DNA of 33,985 nt. Origin: Bacteroidales bacterium. GTDB taxonomy: Bacteria; Bacteroidota; Bacteroidia; Bacteroidales; G3-4614. Numbering within the stretch: the first letter of the stretch is position 1; every line of letters begins with the position of its first letter. A model generated the notes under the pieces. That model saw only the letters and a list, made by a program, of their open reading frames with translations. It was not told the DNA's origin and did not search any database. Positions 26,563 through 33,985 of the stretch are shown one piece after another. Location: positions 1 to 33,985 of the forward strand of contig JAFQBL010000033.1 in the NCBI GenBank assembly GCA_017416695.1. The letters run 5' to 3'. Made by a program: the position numbers and the translations under genes.

Positions 26563-27297
26563 ATGGGACAAAAAGTAAATCCGATAAGCAACCGATTAGG
26601 AATCATCAGAGGCTGGGATTCTAACTGGTACGGCGGCGATAAGTACGGAGACAAGTTATTAGAAGACAGCAATATCCGTAAATATCTAAATGCCCGTCTT
26701 TCAAAAGCAAGTGGAGTATCACGCATCATCATTGAGCGTACTCTAAAACTAATAATTATAACTATTTGCACATCACGTCCTGGTATGGTTATCGGCAAAG
26801 GTGGACAAGAGGTTGATAAACTTAAAGAAGAGTTAAAGAAAATCACCGACAAGTCTGACAAAGATATCCAAATCAATATCTACGAGATAAAGAAACCAGA
26901 ACTTGACGCCGTTATTGTTGCTAATAGCATTGCTCGTCAGCTTGAAGGAAAGATGGCTTACCGTCGTGCAATCAAAACTGCGATATCAAACACTATGCGT
27001 GCTGGAGCTGAGGGAATAAAAATCCAAATCTCAGGACGTCTAAACGGAGCAGAGATGGCGCGTTCAGAAATGTACAAAGAAGGACGTACACCTCTACACA
27101 CATTACGTGCAGACATTGATTACGCATTAGCAGAGGCTCTAACAAAAGTAGGTTTGTTAGGAATCAAAGTATGGATTTGTCGCGGTGAAGTATATGGTAA
27201 GAGAGATCTTGCTCCTTCATTTACAGCACAAAAAGAGACACGTGGCGCAGCCGCAGGTCAAGGAGCTAAAAAAGGCTTCAAGAGAAACAAAAAGTAA
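26563..27297 (+). CDS. rpsC: 30S ribosomal protein S3
   Basis: [30 protein letters not shown]. Confidence 0.99.
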   Translation: MGQKVNPISNRLGIIRGWDSNWYGGDKYGDKLLEDSNIRKYLNARLSKASGVSRIIIERTLKLIIITICTSRPGMVIGKGGQEVDKLKEELKKITDKSDKDIQINIYEIKKPELDAVIVANSIARQLEGKMAYRRAIKTAISNTMRAGAEGIKIQISGRLNGAEMARSEMYKEGRTPLHTLRADIDYALAEALTKVGLLGIKVWICRGEVYGKRDLAPSFTAQKETRGAAAGQGAKKGFKRNKK

Positions 27298-27320
27298 TTA
27301 ACACAAAGAACTGACAGAAA

Positions 27321-27752
27321 ATGTTACAACCGAGAAAAACAAAATTCAGAAGGCAGCAAAAAGGTCGCATGAAAGGTGTGGCTCAACGCGGCAACGAGTT
27401 GGCATTTGGCTCTTTTGGTATCAAGTGTTTGCAATCAAAGTGGATTACAGGTCGCCAAATTGAGGCTGCCCGTATTGCCGTTACCCGCTATATGCAACGT
27501 CAAGGACAAGTTTGGATCAGAATTTTCCCTGACAAACCAATTACTAAAAAGCCTGCCGAAGTACGTATGGGTAAAGGAAAAGGATCACCCGAAGGATTCG
27601 TAGCACCTGTAACACCAGGAAGAATCCTAATAGAGATAGATGGCGTATCTTTAGAGGTGGCAAAAGAAGCATTGCGTTTAGGTGCGCAAAAACTTCCCGT
27701 TACCACAAAGTTAATAATCCGTCGTGATTACGACGAAACTCAAAACGCATAA
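27321..27752 (+). CDS. rplP: 50S ribosomal protein L16
   Basis: [26 protein letters not shown]. Confidence 0.99.
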   Translation: MLQPRKTKFRRQQKGRMKGVAQRGNELAFGSFGIKCLQSKWITGRQIEAARIAVTRYMQRQGQVWIRIFPDKPITKKPAEVRMGKGKGSPEGFVAPVTPGRILIEIDGVSLEVAKEALRLGAQKLPVTTKLIIRRDYDETQNA

Positions 27753-27764
27753 GGAGGATAAGAA

Positions 27765-27959
27765 ATGAAGATAGCAGAAATAAAAGAACTTCAAACAAAG
27801 GAGTTGGTTGAGAGAATAGAAGCACAAGAAATTGCTCTTAACCGTATGGTTATCAATCACAGTATCTCTCCTCTTGACAATCCTTCGCAAATTAAACAAT
27901 TGCGTCGTGAGATTGCGCGTATGAAGGGTGAATTAAATCAAAGAGATCTAAACGCTTAA
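27765..27959 (+). CDS. rpmC: 50S ribosomal protein L29
   Basis: Position in operon; LDNPSQIKQLRREIAR. Confidence 0.97.
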   Translation: MKIAEIKELQTKELVERIEAQEIALNRMVINHSISPLDNPSQIKQLRREIARMKGELNQRDLNA

Positions 27960-27972
27960 TCAATAACGCCGA

Positions 27973-28230
27973 ATGGAAACAAGAAACTTTAGAAAAGAGA
28001 GAGTAGGGGTTGTTACCAGCAACAAGATGGATAAAACTATCACAGTAGCGGTAAAATGGAAAGAGAAACACCCCATATATGGTAAATTCGTAAACAAAAC
28101 GAAAAAATACCATGCTCACGATGAGAAAAACGAGTGCGGTATTGGTGATACCGTTAGATTGATGGAAACTCGTCCTTTGAGCAAAATGAAAAGATGGAGA
28201 GTAGTTGAAATCGTAGAAAAAGCAAAATAA
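27973..28230 (+). CDS. rpsQ: 30S ribosomal protein S17
   Basis: [27 protein letters not shown]. Confidence 0.99.
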   Translation: METRNFRKERVGVVTSNKMDKTITVAVKWKEKHPIYGKFVNKTKKYHAHDEKNECGIGDTVRLMETRPLSKMKRWRVVEIVEKAK

Positions 28231-28234
28231 TATT

Positions 28235-28600
28235 ATGATACAACAAGAGTCAAGACTAACTGTCGCTGATAATAGCGGCGCAAAAGAGGCACTTTGTATC
28301 CGTGTACTTGGTGGAACCGGAAGACGCTATGCAAGCGTAGGCGATATTATCGTTGTTGCTGTAAAAGGCGTGGTTCCTTCAAGTGATATGAAAAAAGGTG
28401 CAGTGTCAAAAGCTGTTGTCGTACGCACTAAAAAAGAGATACGTCGTCCAGACGGATCTTACATACGTTTCGACGACAACGCATGTGTATTATTAAACGG
28501 AGCAGGTGAAATTAGAGGTAGCCGTATATTCGGTCCTGTTGCTCGTGAATTGCGTGCAACTAACATGAAAATAGTTTCACTAGCACCTGAAGTACTTTAA
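28235..28600 (+). CDS. rplN: 50S ribosomal protein L14
   Basis: [25 protein letters not shown]. Confidence 0.99.
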   Translation: MIQQESRLTVADNSGAKEALCIRVLGGTGRRYASVGDIIVVAVKGVVPSSDMKKGAVSKAVVVRTKKEIRRPDGSYIRFDDNACVLLNGAGEIRGSRIFGPVARELRATNMKIVSLAPEVL

Positions 28601-28619
28601 TAAATAAAAAAGTAGATTA

Positions 28620-28940
28620 ATGAGTAAGTTACACATTAAAAAAGGAGATACCGTTTACGTTAACGCCGGAGAGGATAAAGGAAAAACCGGACGTGTGCTT
28701 AAAGTCTTAGTAAAAGATAACAAAGCAATCGTAGAGGGTGTAAATATGGTGTCAAAACACACCAAACCCAATGCAAAAGCACCACAAGGCGGCATTGTAA
28801 AAAAAGAGGCTCCAATACATTTATCAAACCTTAACGTGTTAGATCCAAAAACAAAAACAGCAACACGTATTGGTCGCAAAATGAATGAAGAGGGCAAATT
28901 AGTACGTTATTCAAAAAAATCAGGAGAGGAGATTAAATAA
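28620..28940 (+). CDS. rplX: 50S ribosomal protein L24
   Basis: [23 protein letters not shown]. Confidence 0.99.
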   Translation: MSKLHIKKGDTVYVNAGEDKGKTGRVLKVLVKDNKAIVEGVNMVSKHTKPNAKAPQGGIVKKEAPIHLSNLNVLDPKTKTATRIGRKMNEEGKLVRYSKKSGEEIK

Positions 28941-28941
28941 A

Positions 28942-29493
28942 ATGGCAGCAAATCTCAAAAAAGAATACCAAGAGAGAATCGTCCCCGCTTTGATGAAAGA
29001 GTTTGGATACACAACAGTGATGCAAGTACCAGTTTTGAAAAAAATTGTACTTAATCAAGGATTAGGTGATGCAACTCAAGACAAAAAAATCATCGACACA
29101 GCGTTGGCAGAGCTAACAGCAATTGCAGGACAACAAGCTGTAGCAACACTCTCACGTAAAGACATTTCAAACTTCAAGGTACGTAAAAAAATGCCTATCG
29201 GAGTTTCAGTAACTTTGCGTCGTGAGAAAATGTATGAGTTCCTTGAGCGTTTGGTACGCGTAGCATTACCACGTATCCGTGACTTCAAAGGAATCGAAAG
29301 CAAATTAGATGGTAGAGGAAACTACACACTCGGAATCCAAGAGCAAATTATCTTCCCCGAGATCAACATCGACTCTATCAACAAAATTAACGGAATGAAT
29401 ATCACATTCGTAACAAGTGCAAACACTGACGAAGAGGGATATGCATTATTAAAAGAGTTTGGATTACCTTTTAAAAACATCAAAAAGAGCTAA
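28942..29493 (+). CDS. rplE: 50S ribosomal protein L5
   Basis: [22 protein letters not shown]. Confidence 0.99.
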   Translation: MAANLKKEYQERIVPALMKEFGYTTVMQVPVLKKIVLNQGLGDATQDKKIIDTALAELTAIAGQQAVATLSRKDISNFKVRKKMPIGVSVTLRREKMYEFLERLVRVALPRIRDFKGIESKLDGRGNYTLGIQEQIIFPEINIDSINKINGMNITFVTSANTDEEGYALLKEFGLPFKNIKKS

Positions 29494-29496
29494 ACT

Positions 29497-29766
29497 ATGG
29501 CAAAAGAATCAATGAAAGCTCGCGAGGTAAAAAGAGCAAAATTAGTTGCAAAATACGCTGCAAAAAAAGCACAACTAAAAGCAGAAGGCAACTATGAGGC
29601 TCTTCAATTAATCCCTCGTAATGCCTCAAGTGTAAGACTACACAACCGTTGTAAATTGACAGGACGTCCAAAAGGATATATGCGTCAATTCGGTATTTCA
29701 CGTATTCAATTCCGTGAAATGGCATCACAAGGATTAATACCTGGAGTAAAAAAAGCAAGTTGGTAG
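29497..29766 (+). CDS. rpsN: 30S ribosomal protein S14 (non-zinc, 89-aa form)
   Basis: [26 protein letters not shown]; only one Cys. Confidence 0.99.
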   Translation: MAKESMKAREVKRAKLVAKYAAKKAQLKAEGNYEALQLIPRNASSVRLHNRCKLTGRPKGYMRQFGISRIQFREMASQGLIPGVKKASW

Positions 29767-29841
29767 AAACTTGAAAAAAGAAAAAAAAGAGTGAGTTAAA
29801 TATTGTTCGGGTAGTCCGAATCAATTTAAAAATTATTTAAT

Positions 29842-30237
29842 ATGACAGATCCAATAGCAGATTATCTTACAAGGTTAAGAAATGCAATCAAAGCACAACA
29901 CAACGTAGTTGAGGTGCCTGCATCAAACCTTAAAAAAGAGATCACAAAAATCCTTTTTGACAAAGGTTACATACTTAACTATAAGTTTGTAGAAGAGGGT
30001 CCTCAAGGAACAATCAAAATAGCCTTGAAATACGATCCTGTGAATAAAGTAAATGCAATCAAAAAGTTGGAGAGAGTATCTTCACCAGGTTTGCGTAAAT
30101 ACGCTGGACACAAAGAGTTACCACGCGTTCTTAATGGTTTAGGAATAGCAATTATTTCAACTTCAAAAGGAGTGATGACCGACAAAGAGGCTCGTAACTT
30201 AAATGTTGGCGGAGAAGTGTTGTGTTACGTATATTAA
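29842..30237 (+). CDS. rpsH: 30S ribosomal protein S8
   Basis: [29 protein letters not shown]. Confidence 0.99.
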   Translation: MTDPIADYLTRLRNAIKAQHNVVEVPASNLKKEITKILFDKGYILNYKFVEEGPQGTIKIALKYDPVNKVNAIKKLERVSSPGLRKYAGHKELPRVLNGLGIAIISTSKGVMTDKEARNLNVGGEVLCYVY

Positions 30238-30252
30238 AAGAGGAGGTAAATT

Positions 30253-30807
30253 ATGTCAAGAATTGGAAAATTGCCTATCGCTATCCCCGCAGGCGTAACA
30301 GTAACAGTAAAAGATAACGAAGTATCGGTAAAAGGACCAAAAGGGGAAATGGTTCAAACCATAACTGGAGGAATAGCAGTAAACGTAGAGGACGGACAAT
30401 TAACAGTAACACGTCCAGATGATACAAAAACATCACGTTCATTGCATGGATTATATCGTGCCCTTATCAACAACATGGTAACAGGTGTATCGGTAGGATA
30501 TAAAAAAGAGTTGGAACTAGTAGGTGTAGGATACCGTGCAGAGAATAATGGTCAAGTACTAAAATTATCACTCGGTTTCTCACACGATATATATGTAAAA
30601 TTACCCAAAGAGGTAAAACTCGAAACAAAAAGTGAGAGAAATAAAAATCCACTTATCTTGTTAGAGTCATGCGACAAAGAGTTACTCGGATTAATATGTG
30701 CAAAAATTCGTACATTCCGCAAACCAGAGCCATATAAAGGAAAAGGTATTAAGTTTGTTGGCGAGTATATTCGTAGAAAATCAGGTAAATCGGCTGGTGC
30801 CAAATAA
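30253..30807 (+). CDS. rplF: 50S ribosomal protein L6
   Basis: MSRIGKLP, GVGYRA, PEPYKGKGI. Confidence 0.99.
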   Translation: MSRIGKLPIAIPAGVTVTVKDNEVSVKGPKGEMVQTITGGIAVNVEDGQLTVTRPDDTKTSRSLHGLYRALINNMVTGVSVGYKKELELVGVGYRAENNGQVLKLSLGFSHDIYVKLPKEVKLETKSERNKNPLILLESCDKELLGLICAKIRTFRKPEPYKGKGIKFVGEYIRRKSGKSAGAK

Positions 30808-30829
30808 TTCACGTTAAAAGGTAAACATC

Positions 30830-31168
30830 ATGAATAAGATAGAAAGAAGAATAAAGATTAAAACCCGCATACGTGGTAAAATATCAGGAACAGCAGAAAC
30901 ACCTCGTATGACAGTGTTCCGTAGCAACAAACAAATCTACGTTCAAATCATCGATGACTTGGCAGGTAAAACATTGGCAAGTGCATCATCAAAAGGATTG
31001 GCAGACGGAGATAACAAGGCTGCAGCAGCACAAGTAGGAGAATTAATAGCAAAAAAGGCACAAGAGGCAGGAATTACAACAGTAGTATTCGACCGTAACG
31101 GTTACCTCTATCATGGCCGAGTAAAAGAGCTTGCAGAAGCAGCTCGTAAGGGTGGACTTAAATTTTAA
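30830..31168 (+). CDS. rplR: 50S ribosomal protein L18
   Basis: [25 protein letters not shown]. Confidence 0.99.
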   Translation: MNKIERRIKIKTRIRGKISGTAETPRMTVFRSNKQIYVQIIDDLAGKTLASASSKGLADGDNKAAAAQVGELIAKKAQEAGITTVVFDRNGYLYHGRVKELAEAARKGGLKF

Positions 31169-31174
31169 ACGACA

Positions 31175-31693
31175 ATGGCAGTAAAATATAACAGAGTAAA
31201 GTCAACTAACGACTTGGAATTAAAAGACAGATTGGTACACATCAATCGTGTAACAAAAGTTACAAAAGGAGGTCGTACATTCAGCTTTTCAGCCATCGTA
31301 GTAGTAGGTGACGGCAAAGGAATCGTTGGTTACGGATTAGGAAAAGCCAGCGAGGTAACAGCTGCTATTGCAAAAGGCGTAGAGTCAGCAAAGAAGAACC
31401 TTATAAAAGTTCCCGTATATAAAGGAACAATACCTCACGAGCAATTTGCAAAATTCGGAGGAGCACAAGTTCTAATCAAACCAGCATCACACGGTACCGG
31501 AGTAAAAGCAGGAGGTGCGATGCGTGCAGTATTGGAGAGTGTAGGAGTAACCGACGTGTTGGCAAAATCAAAAGGTTCATCAAACCCTCACAACTTGGTA
31601 AAAGCTACATTTGTAGCATTAGCAGAGTTGCGTGATGCAGCAATGGTAGCACGTAACCGTGGAGTATCAGTAGAAAAAGTATTTAAAGGTTAA
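31175..31693 (+). CDS. rpsE: 30S ribosomal protein S5
   Basis: [22 protein letters not shown]. Confidence 0.99.
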   Translation: MAVKYNRVKSTNDLELKDRLVHINRVTKVTKGGRTFSFSAIVVVGDGKGIVGYGLGKASEVTAAIAKGVESAKKNLIKVPVYKGTIPHEQFAKFGGAQVLIKPASHGTGVKAGGAMRAVLESVGVTDVLAKSKGSSNPHNLVKATFVALAELRDAAMVARNRGVSVEKVFKG

Positions 31694-31708
31694 TAAAGGA
31701 TCAGAGAG

Positions 31709-31882
31709 ATGAAGACAATTAAAATCACACAAGTAAAAAGCAAAATTAAATGTCCCGCTGTCCAAAAGAAAACCCTTGAAGCTTTAGGATTGCGTAAACT
31801 AAACCAAACAGTTGAGCATACAGCCACTCCTCAAATCTTAGGAATGGTAGAGAAAGTAAAACACTTGGTAGTAGTTGAATAA
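31709..31882 (+). CDS. rpmD: 50S ribosomal protein L30 (not in the ORF track)
   Basis: Manual translation MKTIKITQVKSKIKCPAVQKKTLEALGLRKLNQTVEHTATPQILGMVEKVKHLVVVE*; lies between rpsE and rplO. Confidence 0.97.
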   Translation: MKTIKITQVKSKIKCPAVQKKTLEALGLRKLNQTVEHTATPQILGMVEKVKHLVVVE

Positions 31883-31912
31883 TTTGTTTTTGAACAAGAA
31901 AAAATTTAAGAT

Positions 31913-32359
31913 ATGAATTTAAGTAATTTAAAACCTGCTGCAGGTTCTACAAAAAGCCGTAAAAGAATAGGTCGCGGACCAGGTTCAGGAATGGGTGGAA
32001 CTTCAACAAGAGGACACAAAGGAGCGAAACAACGTTCTGGATACAGCAGAAAATTAGGATTTGAGGGAGGACAAATGCCCCTTCAACGTCGTTTGCCTAA
32101 ATTTGGATTTAAAAATCCTAACCACGTAGAGTACAAAGCAATCAATCTAACAACAATCCAAACATTGGCTGAGGCTAAAGGATTAGACAAGATTGACGTA
32201 AATACTTTGATAGAGGCTGGATTTGTTACTAAAAACCAAATGGTTAAAATCTTAGGTGGCGGAACAATCACTGCTAAACTTGAAGTAACAGCAAACGCAT
32301 TCTCAAAATCAGCAGAAGCAGCAATCACTGCAGTTGGAGGCACAATCGTAAAACTCTAA
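31913..32359 (+). CDS. rplO: 50S ribosomal protein L15
   Basis: RIGRGPGSG.GGTS.RGHKG, FEGGQMPL. Confidence 0.99.
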   Translation: MNLSNLKPAAGSTKSRKRIGRGPGSGMGGTSTRGHKGAKQRSGYSRKLGFEGGQMPLQRRLPKFGFKNPNHVEYKAINLTTIQTLAEAKGLDKIDVNTLIEAGFVTKNQMVKILGGGTITAKLEVTANAFSKSAEAAITAVGGTIVKL

Positions 32360-32364
32360 TCAAT

Positions 32365-33696
32365 ATGAGAGCGATAGAGACAATTAAAAATATTTGGAAG
32401 ATAGAGGATTTAAGATATAGAATCATCACAACCCTATTGCTAATAATGGTGTACCGCGTAGGATCATACGTGGTACTACCAGGTATTGATGTAGAAACAC
32501 TTTCAAACCTACAAGAGCAAACTCGCGGAGGTTTGATGGCGTTGTTGGATATGTTCTCAGGAGGAGCATTCTCAAATGCATCAATATTCGCATTAGGAAT
32601 TATGCCCTATATCTCAGCATCTATCGTGATTCAACTTTTGGGAATGGCATTGCCATACTTCCAAAAATTGCAACGTGAAGGAGAAAGCGGACGTCGCAAG
32701 TTGAATCAATATACCCGCTATCTAACAGTAGCAATCCTATTAATACAAGCACCCTCATATTTGGTGAACCTTAAAACCCAAATAGGAGCGGCAGCATTTC
32801 CTGAAGGAGTAATGTTTATGATAACATCAACAATTATCCTTGCAGCAGGAAGTATGTTTGTATTATGGTTAGGAGAGCGTATTACAGATAAAGGTATAGG
32901 AAACGGAATCTCATTCATAATCTTGATAGGTATCATAGCACGCCTACCACAAGCATTAGGATTTGAGTTCATTAACCGTGCAACAACAGCAACAGGAGGA
33001 TTGGTAATGTTCTTGGCAGAGATCGTATTCCTATTGTTTGTAGTAGCAGCATCTATTCTATTAGTACAAGGAACACGTAAAGTGCCCGTACAATACGCAA
33101 AAAGAATAGTAGGCAACAAACAATACGGAGGAGCAAGACAATACATCCCCTTGAAAGTTAACAGTGCAGGAGTAATGCCAATCATCTTTGCACAAGCGTT
33201 GATGTTCATACCTATTACAATAGTAGGATTCTCAACAACATCATCAAGTGCATTTGTACAAGCATTCACTGATAACACAGGATTCTGGTATAACTTTGTA
33301 TATGCAATATTGATCATTGTATTCACATACTTCTATACAGCAATCACTATCCAACCCAATCAAATGGCAGAGGATATGAAACGCAACAATGGATTCATTC
33401 CTGGAATCAAACCTGGAAAGAAAACAGCAGAGTACATCGATTCAATAATGTCACGAATAACACTACCAGGTTCAATCTTTTTGGCATTGGTGGCAATCAT
33501 GCCAGCATTCGCACAAATAGCAGGAATCAGTGCAGAGTTTGCACAATTCTTCGGAGGAACATCACTATTGATTCTTGTAGGAGTAATCCTTGACACACTA
33601 CAACAAGTAGAGAGTCACTTAATGATGCACCACTACGACGGATTGTTAAAATCAGGCAGAATAAAAGGACGTCAAGGTTCTGTTTCAGCATATTAG
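32365..33696 (+). CDS. secY: Preprotein translocase subunit SecY
   Basis: SIFALGIMPYISASI, WLGERIT..GIGNG, GVMPIIFA, FGGTSLLI. Confidence 0.99.
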   Translation: MRAIETIKNIWKIEDLRYRIITTLLLIMVYRVGSYVVLPGIDVETLSNLQEQTRGGLMALLDMFSGGAFSNASIFALGIMPYISASIVIQLLGMALPYFQKLQREGESGRRKLNQYTRYLTVAILLIQAPSYLVNLKTQIGAAAFPEGVMFMITSTIILAAGSMFVLWLGERITDKGIGNGISFIILIGIIARLPQALGFEFINRATTATGGLVMFLAEIVFLLFVVAASILLVQGTRKVPVQYAKRIVGNKQYGGARQYIPLKVNSAGVMPIIFAQALMFIPITIVGFSTTSSSAFVQAFTDNTGFWYNFVYAILIIVFTYFYTAITIQPNQMAEDMKRNNGFIPGIKPGKKTAEYIDSIMSRITLPGSIFLALVAIMPAFAQIAGISAEFAQFFGGTSLLILVGVILDTLQQVESHLMMHHYDGLLKSGRIKGRQGSVSAY

Positions 33697-33713
33697 TCTA
33701 AAGTAGATAAAAA

Positions 33714-33985
33714 ATGATTTATCTTAAAACAGACGAAGAGATAGAGTTAATCAGGGAAAGTAACCTGTTGTTGGCAAAAACCATGGGTGAAATAGCCAAA
33801 TGGGTTGCACCAGGAGTTACTACCCTAAAACTCGACTCAATAGCCGAACAATATATACGAGACAACGGAGGAGTACCAAGTTGTTTAGGATATAGCGGTT
33901 ATCCCAATTCGATATGTGCATCCGTAAACGAGCAAGTCGTACACGGAATACCATCAAGCAAAGAGTTGCAAGAAGGAGACATAGT
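33714..33985 (+). CDS. map: Methionine aminopeptidase, type I (5' part, runs off window)
   Basis: Manual translation MIYLKTDEEIELIR...PGVTT...LGYSGYPNSICASVNEQVVHGIP...LQEGDIV; follows secY. Confidence 0.96.
   Translation, partial: MIYLKTDEEIELIRESNLLLAKTMGEIAKWVAPGVTTLKLDSIAEQYIRDNGGVPSCLGYSGYPNSICASVNEQVVHGIPSSKELQEGDI

Noticed and set aside
12090-33596. Antisense and out-of-frame ORFs overlapping GH92, alr, fusA, ribosomal genes and secY
   Set aside because: Shadows of well-supported genes with no independent coding signal

Overview
AT-rich Bacteroidales-type chromosomal window (TAnnTTTG/TTTG promoters, MurF-Alr fusion, str operon without tuf running into S10-spc). Right half (19.9-34 kb): complete rpsL-rpsG-fusA-S10-spc cluster through secY and the start of map. 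Middle (12-19.4 kb): GH92 alpha-mannosidase, a stand-alone GH97_N protein, murF-alr, a GSCFA protein and a lipoprotein. Left (0.3-4 kb): a four-gene surface operon (Big_2 lipoprotein, small lipoprotein, outer-membrane beta-barrel, lipocalin-like lipoprotein). The most unusual part is the ~7.5 kb just downstream of tRNA-Gly/tRNA-Leu (4.1-11.7 kb, all minus strand). It is a modular array of repeated promoter, leader and terminator blocks carrying one intact zinc-metallopeptidase-like candidate toxin (EELFH...ExEA), two 3'-end stubs of deleted copies of that gene, four mosaic signal-peptide paralogs (candidate immunity proteins) and a fifth divergent member broken by an in-frame TAG. The array is bracketed by ~215 bp direct repeats containing the tRNA terminator and a REP-like palindrome, and it leads into a phage-like DUF4373 + DnaC-like replication pair and an XRE regulator with a highly structured leader. 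Functional labels for this island are inferences from motifs and architecture; no database search was run.
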